Assembly: GCA_049416245.1 (NCBI GenBank)
Contig: JBMSHA010000001.1
Location: 1-38,414, forward strand
Reading direction: 5' to 3'
Source: Flavobacteriales bacterium
Lineage (GTDB): Bacteria; Bacteroidota; Bacteroidia; Flavobacteriales_D; Sanyastnellaceae
DNA: 38,414 bases
Shown here: positions 18,166-25,827 of the stretch, one piece after another
Layout of the letters: each line of letters opens with the position of its first letter
How positions within the stretch are numbered: the first letter of the stretch is position 1
Program-made: the position numbers and the translations under genes
Notes under the pieces: model-generated
The model's database searches: none
What the model saw: the letters and a program-made list of their open reading frames with translations, nothing else
What the model was told of the DNA's origin: nothing

Positions 18166-20532
18166 GTGAGGAGGTTTGGGGTCTTACTTTTCCTGGTGTT
18201 CTTCACAGAAGTGTCTTTTTCACAAGGGGTTCTGAAGGGAAAAGTGCTTACGGAAGAGGGCCATGAAGGCCACAACCATGATGCGAACGTTGGGCACGAA
18301 CCGGTATACATAGCACTTCCAGGAGCTTATGTGCGCTGGGCCCATGATCCTACTTCGACTACGATAACCGATGGTTTTGGGTTCTTCAAAATTCCCAAAG
18401 CAAATGTTGGTGACACCTTGATTGCTTCGATGATCGGATTCGAATCGGCAGGCTGGGTGTACAATGGGGAGTCCTATGTTGACATCCCGCTTGAATCAGG
18501 CGTTTCGCTCGATGCTGCAGAAGTGGTTGAAAAGCGGGCGTCGACAGAGCTTTCTTTGCTTTCCCCGTTGGATGTGCAATCGTTGAACCGCAAGGAATTG
18601 GCCAAAGCGGCCTGCTGCAACCTCTCCGAAGCCTTCGAAACCAATGCTTCTGTCGATGCATCGTTCACCGACGCGGTGACCGGAACACGCCAAATCCGGA
18701 TGCTGGGGTTGGACGGCAAATACAGTCAAATTCAAGTGGACAATTTGCCCGGCCCGCGAGGGCTGAGTGTAGTCAAGGGGTTGATGTTCATTCCGGGCGA
18801 TTGGGTCAACGAGATTCACATCAGCAAGGGTGCCGGCACAGCGACCCAGGGTTACGAGAGCATCACGGGTCAAATCAACGTTGCACTCAAAAATCCGGAA
18901 ACTGCCGACCCACTTCACACCAACCTCTACGTCAACGGCGCGGGGCGCATGGAATTCAATTACATCAGCAAACACGATGTTTCACGACGATGGAGCACAG
19001 CCGTCTTGCTCCATGGCCTTACAAACCAAAGCATCAATGACCGCAATGACGATGGCTTCCTCGATACCCCCATGCAACGGAATTACGTCGCGCGCAACGA
19101 ATGGAAATTCAAAGGTGATCGCGGCGTACGCGGTGAATACGCTTTGACGGCCGTTCAAATGGAATCGGCTGCGGGTCAAGTGGGTGGCTTCGAGCCAGGT
19201 GCCGCCTGGACCGATTACATGGGAATGATGGCTTCGCCCTCTGCCCCATGGACCGCCATTACGGAATTGAACCGTATCGAAGCAACGGCCAAGACAGGCT
19301 TCATCTTTCCAGACGCCGAGTGGCGCAGCATCGGCACGCAGTGGAGTTTTTATGACCATCAGCACGTGCATCGATTCGGCAGAAACGATTACGACGGTCA
19401 AGAGCGATTTTTCCGCGGAAACGTATTGTATGCGGACATTTTCGGAAACACCAATCACGCGTTTACGACGGGCTTGACGTTTTTGTACAATGACTTTCAG
19501 GAGTCTGTCCGCTTTGCCGGTGATTCTGTGGCGCTGGCTTACGATGTGGCACGGACAGAGCGAGTGCCTGGCGCTTTTTTTGAGTACACGTGGTCGGGGA
19601 ATGAGCGCTGGAGCGTAATCAGCGGTATTCGATACGATCAGCACAACCTTTTCGGCGCGTTGGTGAGTCCCCGTTTCCACGCCCGATGGAGCGTGACAGA
19701 AAACACCTCTTGGAAGGTCGCTGCCGGCCGCGGTTACCGCGCAGCGAATCCTTTCATGGAGCAGCTCGGTACCTGGGCAAGCCAGCGCCAATGGATTTGG
19801 GGCCTGAGCAGCATCGTTCGGCCTGAGATTGCGACCAACTTCGGTACGAACCTCACAAGCAAATTTCGGCTGAATTTCCGCGAAGCGACGTTGACCTTGG
19901 ATGCTTACGCTACGCAATTCGAGAACAAGCTCGTGGTAGATTTGGACCAATCAACGCAGGCGATTCATCTGTACAACCTGACGGGGAAGTCATTTGCCAA
20001 TACCGCTCAAGCGGAATTCAACTGGGACATGCACCGTCGTTTTGATGTGCGGTTGGCGTACCGATGGGTCAATGCCCATACCGATCGCGTCGAAGGCCTT
20101 CCGACAGAAGATCCGTTCGTGTCCAAGCACCGTGCGTTTAGTCAACTCAGTTACGGTTCGCCGCCGGACGCGCGAGAAGGTCAATGGCGTGCTGATGCGA
20201 CCTTTCAATGGATCGGTGCGCAACGTCTGCCGCTGACGGATTCCAATCCTGAAGTATTTCAACGCGACGCCGTGGCGCCGGATTTCTTTCAGTTGAACGC
20301 TCAAGTCACGCGTCAATTCACACCCGATTTTTCGGTTTATGCGGGCGTCGAGAATGCGTTGAATTACAAGCAAGACCGCCCCATCATCGGCGCTGATTAC
20401 GGCGACAACCCGGTCGCCCAAGGCGATTTTGATCAGTATTTCGACGCGAGTTTGGTGTACGGGCCCATCTTTGGGCGGATGTTTTATGCCGGCTTGCGTT
20501 GGGGCATTTTGCCGCCGAAGAAAGAATCGTAA
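18166..20532 (+). CDS. TonB-dependent receptor with His-rich insertion in the N-terminal CarboxypepD_reg-like domain
   Basis: GTG start with signal peptide MRRFGVLLFLVFFTEVSFSQ. GKVLTEEGHEGHNHDANVGHE...LPGAYV, a plug region (AACCNLSEAFETNASVD...IRMLGLDGKYSQIQVDNLP), and a long beta-barrel ending FYAGLRWG. Confidence 0.85.
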   Translation: MRRFGVLLFLVFFTEVSFSQGVLKGKVLTEEGHEGHNHDANVGHEPVYIALPGAYVRWAHDPTSTTITDGFGFFKIPKANVGDTLIASMIGFESAGWVYNGESYVDIPLESGVSLDAAEVVEKRASTELSLLSPLDVQSLNRKELAKAACCNLSEAFETNASVDASFTDAVTGTRQIRMLGLDGKYSQIQVDNLPGPRGLSVVKGLMFIPGDWVNEIHISKGAGTATQGYESITGQINVALKNPETADPLHTNLYVNGAGRMEFNYISKHDVSRRWSTAVLLHGLTNQSINDRNDDGFLDTPMQRNYVARNEWKFKGDRGVRGEYALTAVQMESAAGQVGGFEPGAAWTDYMGMMASPSAPWTAITELNRIEATAKTGFIFPDAEWRSIGTQWSFYDHQHVHRFGRNDYDGQERFFRGNVLYADIFGNTNHAFTTGLTFLYNDFQESVRFAGDSVALAYDVARTERVPGAFFEYTWSGNERWSVISGIRYDQHNLFGALVSPRFHARWSVTENTSWKVAAGRGYRAANPFMEQLGTWASQRQWIWGLSSIVRPEIATNFGTNLTSKFRLNFREATLTLDAYATQFENKLVVDLDQSTQAIHLYNLTGKSFANTAQAEFNWDMHRRFDVRLAYRWVNAHTDRVEGLPTEDPFVSKHRAFSQLSYGSPPDAREGQWRADATFQWIGAQRLPLTDSNPEVFQRDAVAPDFFQLNAQVTRQFTPDFSVYAGVENALNYKQDRPIIGADYGDNPVAQGDFDQYFDASLVYGPIFGRMFYAGLRWGILPPKKES

Positions 20533-20544
20533 ATGCCTGTAGGC

Positions 20545-23500
20545 TCAGCGCTGTGCGCGCTTGAGCATCCCGCCACTACTTCGGGCACTCATCGTCTGAC
20601 GCCTCGCGGCCGCCGTGGCGTTGTTGGGCCTGGGATCCCGCCCGCCCATGCCATCCTCAGCATACCTCGGGTCAGGGATGTAGGCCAACTTCTCCATGAA
20701 TGTTGCCTCCACATGTATGCAACCAAACTCTTCTTTGACGGGCCCGCGCACCCGGTAAATGCCGCGTCCGCGAAACGCGAATTGCCGCAACGATGGAGGA
20801 AAATGTACGGTATCTAACCACGATCCTTCGGCATCGACAAAGCAGCCAAAGCTCATACGTTCACGACGCGCCGTGTGCGTTTCCTTGACGGTTACCAGAT
20901 ATCCCACCACATCTACCTCGCGTCCGATGCAGTCGGCGAGTGCTTCGCTGCGAACAGCGCGCTGAGCGATGGCTTGTGCTTCCTCGGTGAGCAATCGAAA
21001 CGGCGATACGAGTGGAAATCCGAACAACTCGATTTGGTCGAAGGCGGTCTCGAGATCGTTGGCTTCGAATCGGGGAAGGTGAAACTGCGTGACGTCTGGC
21101 GTGAACAGCGTCGCGTCGCTGGTGCCCTTTTTGGTATGCCCGAGTAAAAAATGCGCTTCCCACTGAAGCTGTTGCGGGTTCTTCCCCGTGAACCGCAGGC
21201 CACCGCAGCGAATCAGCAGCAAGCACTGCTCCAAACCGAGCCCGGTTCGTTCGATGATCGACTCCAACGAGTCAAACGTTCCATTGGCTTGCCGCTCCCT
21301 TACGATGCGGGCGACGGTTTGCGCCTGTACACCCCGCACCAAATTGAACCCGAGCACAATCGTCCGCGCCTCGGCTTCCACACAAGCCTCCCACCCCCCG
21401 CGGTTCAGGCACGGCGGCTCAACACGCCCCCCCACCATCCGCGCTTCGTGCACGTAAAACTCGGTGCGGTAAAAGCCGCCAAAATTATTGATGCACGCCG
21501 CCATGTACTCCAGTGGCCAGTACGCTTTCAAGTAAAGGCTCTGATAGCTTTCGACGGCATACGAGGCGGAGTGTCCCTTCGCAAAGGCGTACCCTGCGAA
21601 GCTTTCGACTTGGCGCCACACCTCTTCCACCAGCACGGGGTCGCGTCCCCGGGCCCCAGCTTTCTCGTGAAAGGCGTCCCGTGCCTTTGCGAACTCTTCT
21701 CGTGACCGGAACTTCCCACTCATGCCGCGTCGGAGCACATCGGCTTCTCCAAGGTCGAGTCCAGCGAAATGATGCGCGACTTTGATGACGTCCTCTTGGT
21801 ACACCATGACCCCGTACGTTTCTGGCATCAATTCGAGGAGCACCGGATGGGCGTCGGCGCGTCGCTCGGGGTGGCGGTGCCGCTCGATGTAGGCCCGCAT
21901 CATGCCGCTGCGGGAAACGCCGGGCCGGATCACCGAACTCGCCGCGACCAATCCGAGGTAGTTGTCCACGCGCAGTTTCCGCATCAGCATCCGCATGGCG
22001 GGCGACTCGACGTAAAAACACCCGACGGCCAACGCCTCGCGGAGCAAGTGCTGAATGCGCGGGTCGCGTTTGAATCGGGCCATGTCGTGGACGTCGATTT
22101 GGGCAGCAGTTTGCGGGTCGTGGACAGCGATGAGGTCGATGGTGTCGCGGATTTTGCCGAGCCCGCGTTGGCTGAGGATGTCGAATTTGTACAATCCGAT
22201 GTCTTCGGCGACCACCATGTCGTACTGGGTGGTGGGGAAGCCCTTGGGGGGCATGAAGGTGCCGCCAAAATGATGGAGCGGCCGGTCCGCGATGAGGATG
22301 CCGCAGGCGTGGATGGTCAACGCGTTCGGGAAATCTTGGAGGTAGCCGGCGTACCGGATGACGATGGGTTCGATTTCGTCGGCGCCAGGCGGTTGGAGCT
22401 TGCCGTCGGCGAGCCGATCGATGTCGTGTTTGGGCATGCCGAATACTTTGCCCAACTCCCGAATGACCGCGCGGTACTGAAAGGTGTTGTAAGCTCCGAC
22501 CAACGCTGCATGCGGGAACCGACGAAAGATGTATTCGGTCACGTCGTCGCGGTCCGTCCACGAAAAATCAATGTCGAAATCCGGCGGATTCGTCCGGTAC
22601 AGATTGATGAACCGCTCGAAATACAAATCAAGTTCGATGGGGTCGACATCCGTGATGCGTAAGAGGTAGGCGACAAGGCTGTTGGCCCCACTTCCTCGGC
22701 CTACGTAGAAGTAACCGCGGCTGCGCGCGTAACTCGTGATGTCCCAATTGATGAGGAAATACGCTAAATATCCTTGCTGCCGTATCACCTTCAATTCCAT
22801 TTCCATGCGATCCAACACGTGTTCTTCATGGTCTGGATACCGATAGGCCAATCCTTCCGCACAAAGGGACCGGATCAACCGTTCGTCTTCGTCTTCGGAG
22901 CCGGTGTAGGTGTGTTGGTTGTTGTGGCTGCGACCGGCCGGTGGATCGGGCAATGCGATGCGGCACCGGTCGAGGATCGCCTCGGATCGCCCTATCCAAT
23001 CCGGATTTTCGGCAAAAGCTTGATGAAAATCGGCCGATCCCAACAACCGGTCGTACGGGTGCCCCGTCGCCTCCGACGGCAATTTGCTAAGGAGTTCGTT
23101 GCGGTCAACCGCCCGCAAAATCCGGTGGCAGTTCCAATCCCGCTTGTGCCGAAATGTAAACGTATGCCAGGCGATGAGTCGGTCCCAAGGAACATCCTGG
23201 CGATCACTCAGCAGCCGCAGTTCCGCCTGCTCCCACGGCCGTACGCCAATCCATTCGTCGGGCCGCAGCGCCTCCCTAGTTTTCTTCCACCGCGTCCACG
23301 GGTATACGACGGACACACCGGGCAGTTCGGGCGCTTGCGGTTCGAACGGTCGGTGTGCATGCAGGTGGGCGTTGAGGTGTTCGCACAAGCGGGCGTACCC
23401 GGCGTTGTGGTGGGCGAGGCCAACATAGAGGGGCAGGGCGGCGTCTGCCTTGTTGCGGAAGTCGATGCCCACGGCAGGCCGCACGCCATACTCCGGCGCG

Positions 23501-23649
23501 AGCCGCACGAAATCCCAATGCGCAGAGGTCGCGTTGATGTCGGTCAAGGCCAATGCCGTGATGCCCGCGTCCTGTGCTTCGGAGAGCAGTTCGCGCGGTT
23601 GCATGAGCCCGTAGCGCAGGCTGAACCAAGAATGGCAGTGCAAGTGCAT
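20545..23649 (-). CDS. dnaE2: Error-prone DNA polymerase III alpha-like subunit (DnaE2 / ImuC type)
   Basis: N-terminal PHP domain MHLHCHSWFSLRYG...ALTDIN, with the pol III alpha palm, fingers and HhH regions. At 1034 aa it has the length typical of DnaE2 rather than the roughly 1160+ aa of DnaE1. It is the last gene of an operon with a Y-family polymerase. Confidence 0.85.
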   Translation of the reverse strand: MHLHCHSWFSLRYGLMQPRELLSEAQDAGITALALTDINATSAHWDFVRLAPEYGVRPAVGIDFRNKADAALPLYVGLAHHNAGYARLCEHLNAHLHAHRPFEPQAPELPGVSVVYPWTRWKKTREALRPDEWIGVRPWEQAELRLLSDRQDVPWDRLIAWHTFTFRHKRDWNCHRILRAVDRNELLSKLPSEATGHPYDRLLGSADFHQAFAENPDWIGRSEAILDRCRIALPDPPAGRSHNNQHTYTGSEDEDERLIRSLCAEGLAYRYPDHEEHVLDRMEMELKVIRQQGYLAYFLINWDITSYARSRGYFYVGRGSGANSLVAYLLRITDVDPIELDLYFERFINLYRTNPPDFDIDFSWTDRDDVTEYIFRRFPHAALVGAYNTFQYRAVIRELGKVFGMPKHDIDRLADGKLQPPGADEIEPIVIRYAGYLQDFPNALTIHACGILIADRPLHHFGGTFMPPKGFPTTQYDMVVAEDIGLYKFDILSQRGLGKIRDTIDLIAVHDPQTAAQIDVHDMARFKRDPRIQHLLREALAVGCFYVESPAMRMLMRKLRVDNYLGLVAASSVIRPGVSRSGMMRAYIERHRHPERRADAHPVLLELMPETYGVMVYQEDVIKVAHHFAGLDLGEADVLRRGMSGKFRSREEFAKARDAFHEKAGARGRDPVLVEEVWRQVESFAGYAFAKGHSASYAVESYQSLYLKAYWPLEYMAACINNFGGFYRTEFYVHEARMVGGRVEPPCLNRGGWEACVEAEARTIVLGFNLVRGVQAQTVARIVRERQANGTFDSLESIIERTGLGLEQCLLLIRCGGLRFTGKNPQQLQWEAHFLLGHTKKGTSDATLFTPDVTQFHLPRFEANDLETAFDQIELFGFPLVSPFRLLTEEAQAIAQRAVRSEALADCIGREVDVVGYLVTVKETHTARRERMSFGCFVDAEGSWLDTVHFPPSLRQFAFRGRGIYRVRGPVKEEFGCIHVEATFMEKLAYIPDPRYAEDGMGGRDPRPNNATAAARRQTMSARSSGGMLKRAQR

Positions 23650-23658
23650 GACTTGCAG

Positions 23659-24504
23659 TTAAAAAAGCGAGGCTTGCGAGCCGTTTTGTGGGTAATCGCC
23701 GTTGCGTCGTGCCCGTGCACGGGACTCCCCCATCCCGAACATCTCGAGGTCTTGGTGGATTTCGAAGGCGTGTTCGGGATAAATGCGTTCACCCGTGGGT
23801 TGCAGGAGGTCAGAGCTGTTGGCGCGGGGATCCCGGATATCGGGCGAAATGGGGTAGGCGTTGAGTTTGGATGCGGAACAGGGCCGCAACATGCCGGTGA
23901 TATCGGAGAGCGGGGTGTCGAGGTCGATCCAGGCCTGCTCTTGCTCTTCATCCAACACCACGGGCGACCGGTGGTGGCCGATGGCTTGCATGAGGCCGTT
24001 GGCGACGGTGGTGAGGATGGCAAAGGAGCGGGTGATTTCGCCGGTCCCAGGGTTTGCCCACTCGTCCCAAATTCCGGCCAGGCCGAAGGGATGTTTCCCG
24101 TGGCGTGCGTAGACGAGGTAGGGTTTGGTGAGCTTCTCTTGGCGCGGCCCTTCGATGAAGGCGTCGGCGACGACGATGCATCGGCGGTCGCGGATGGATT
24201 GTCGGAACATGGGCTTTTGGAGGATGCCCATGGCGCCGGTGTATGCAGGGTGGTCTTCTTTGTTGTGATCGCCTTCGGATCGGGCGTTGATCATGTAAAA
24301 TTGCTTCTTGGCCCAACGCGGGGTGAAGCCGAATTGCTGCATTTGGACCGTTCGCGGGGCGTCGCTGGCAATCACGGGAGCGTATTCGCCGTGGGAGACG
24401 TTTGCATTGGGCCGCCACTGTGCGTGGATGTCCGGCGCGGCCTGGACTTGGAAGCGCTTTTCAATGGTTTGAACGGAAGAGACGGTTACGTAGCGGCCAC
24501 ACAT
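23659..24504 (-). CDS. SOS response-associated peptidase (SRAP; YedK/HMCES family) with extended C-terminal tail
   Basis: Starts MCGRY (catalytic Cys2). Conserved SRAP core (NARSE, P.F..., CIVVADAFIE, YLVYA, FGLAGIWDEW). 281 aa against about 220 for typical YedK. 9-nt gap to dnaE2 and 12-nt gap from dinB. Confidence 0.85.
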   Translation of the reverse strand: MCGRYVTVSSVQTIEKRFQVQAAPDIHAQWRPNANVSHGEYAPVIASDAPRTVQMQQFGFTPRWAKKQFYMINARSEGDHNKEDHPAYTGAMGILQKPMFRQSIRDRRCIVVADAFIEGPRQEKLTKPYLVYARHGKHPFGLAGIWDEWANPGTGEITRSFAILTTVANGLMQAIGHHRSPVVLDEEQEQAWIDLDTPLSDITGMLRPCSASKLNAYPISPDIRDPRANSSDLLQPTGERIYPEHAFEIHQDLEMFGMGESRARARRNGDYPQNGSQASLF

Positions 24505-24516
24505 GACGGGATGAAT

Positions 24517-25749
24517 TTACTGATGACGGTTGGCGAGAAGCAAGGGCGCTTCACCATTAAAGGGATTGGGGCGTCCGATGGTGCGTGCTTCCATGCCGGC
24601 CGCGGTGACGACACTGCGGTCACCGTATTGGTTTCGGATTCGGTCGAGAGCGCGGTACAGCTCGAGTCGCTCATCGGCATCGTCGAAAAGATCCATTTGA
24701 AACCCGCCTTCGACGAGGTGGCTGTAGCGGACGCCGATGAGGCGGACTTGGACGCGGCGGTTGTAAAGCTGTTCGAAGAGTGCTTTCACCTTAGGTATGA
24801 GCACGTGATCGGAGGAAGTGTACGGAATGCGGGCCTGGAGGGAGCGCGTGTCGAAGTCTGCGTACCGGACTTTGACAGCGACGCAGGCAGTGAGTTTGCG
24901 TCCGCGGCGCAGTTGGTAGGCGAGGTTTTCTGTCATGGCGACGAGGATGCCGCGGAGTTTTTCGACGTCGGTGGTGTCCTTCGCGAAGGTGCGCTCGGTC
25001 GAGATGGATTTGCGTTCGTTGAAGGCGATGACCGGACTGGGGTCGATGCCGTGGGCTTTGCGCCAAATGGAGGTGCCGTTTTGGCCCAACACCTGCTCCA
25101 TCAGCTCGATGGGCATTTCCTGAACGGTGTGGATGCGTTTGACGCCGAGGTTGCGGAGGGTTTGGTAGGTGCGCGTGCCGACTTGGGGGATTTTGCGAAT
25201 GGAGAGGGGCGCGAGGAAGGGGCGTTCTGTGCCATGGTCGACCTTGAGAGTGCCGGAGGGTTTGGCTTGGCCGGTGGCAACCTTGCTCACCGTTTTGCTG
25301 GTGCTCATGCCAAACGAAATGGGCAAGCCCGTTTCCCGGATGACGCGGTCGCGTAGTTCGCGGGCGAATTGCCAGCAGCCGAAGAATCGATCCATGCCGC
25401 TGAGGTCGGCGTAAAATTCGTCGATGGAGGATTTCTCGCAGACCGGCACAGCTTCTTGGATGATTTCGGTCACCGCCTTCGAGTGCTTCATGTAATTCAT
25501 GGAATTGCCTCGAATGACAAGGGCTTCGGGGCACATGAGCCGTGCTTGACGCATGGGCATGCCGGAATGCACGCCGAACGCTCGCGTTTCATAACTGCAT
25601 GCGGCCACCACTCCGCGGTCACCCGTCCCGCCGATGAGGATGGGTTGGCGCATGAGCCGGCTGTCCATGAGCCGTTCAACCGAGACAAAAAAAGTATCGA
25701 GGTCGAGGTGCAGAATGGCACGGGCAGACGGTGGCGGGGTCGTGTTCAT
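24517..25749 (-). CDS. dinB: Y-family DNA polymerase IV-like, catalytic residues intact
   Basis: ILHLDLDTFFVSVE (catalytic Asp16/Asp18 and FF steric gate), SIDEFYADLSG (Asp110/Glu111), little-finger region, and a QMDLF clamp-binding-type motif at aa 351-355 (nt 24685-24699). Confidence 0.85.
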   Translation of the reverse strand: MNTTPPPSARAILHLDLDTFFVSVERLMDSRLMRQPILIGGTGDRGVVAACSYETRAFGVHSGMPMRQARLMCPEALVIRGNSMNYMKHSKAVTEIIQEAVPVCEKSSIDEFYADLSGMDRFFGCWQFARELRDRVIRETGLPISFGMSTSKTVSKVATGQAKPSGTLKVDHGTERPFLAPLSIRKIPQVGTRTYQTLRNLGVKRIHTVQEMPIELMEQVLGQNGTSIWRKAHGIDPSPVIAFNERKSISTERTFAKDTTDVEKLRGILVAMTENLAYQLRRGRKLTACVAVKVRYADFDTRSLQARIPYTSSDHVLIPKVKALFEQLYNRRVQVRLIGVRYSHLVEGGFQMDLFDDADERLELYRALDRIRNQYGDRSVVTAAGMEARTIGRPNPFNGEAPLLLANRHQ

Positions 25750-25755
25750 TTTGGA

Positions 25756-25774
25756 TTGCTAAAATAATGAGCAA
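25756..25774 (-). promoter_or_regulatory. Candidate repressor operator (TTGCT-N9-AGCAA) on the dinB-SRAP-dnaE2 promoter
   Basis: The minus strand reads TTGCTCATTATTTTAGCAA, ending 7 nt before the dinB ATG. A TATTTTTG (TAnnTTTG) -7 box at 25778-25785 (minus) lies 3 nt upstream of it. The same inverted repeat occurs at 27332-27350. Confidence 0.5.
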
Positions 25775-25827
25775 AGCCAAAAATAAACGCAAAGCGTGTG
25801 AAATTATTTTGTGAAGCGAGGCATTCG

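Noticed and set aside
20900-21060. QIELF in DnaE2 (FDQIELFGFPLVSP) as a third clamp-binding motif in the operon
   Set aside because: This segment corresponds to the conserved E-x-E-x-LG-x-x-(S/T)-x-P stretch that precedes the OB domain in pol III alpha subunits. The Qxx[LM]F match is therefore probably coincidental, and I did not count it as evidence.
21485-22561. 358-aa same-strand alternative-frame ORF within dnaE2 (Arg/Pro/His-rich). Similar ORFs lie at 24791..25534 within dinB and 23948..24418 within the SRAP gene.
   Set aside because: The composition (RRRxPxxH runs) is what a shifted frame through GC-rich coding DNA produces. No start context, no motifs, and the main frames are intact and fully homologous along their length, so I see no evidence for overlapping genes or frameshifting.
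22774-25356. 860-aa plus-strand ORF spanning dnaE2, the SRAP gene and dinB on the opposite strand, the longest unexplained ORF in the track
   Set aside because: All three minus-strand genes share one frame (starts 23649, 24504 and 25749 are all 0 mod 3). This ORF uses exactly the same triplet boundaries in antisense, so its stops could only arise from the sense codons TTA, CTA and TCA, which are rare in this GC3-rich block. The product is Gly/Ala/Val/Arg-rich low complexity with no recognisable motif, so it is a shadow ORF.
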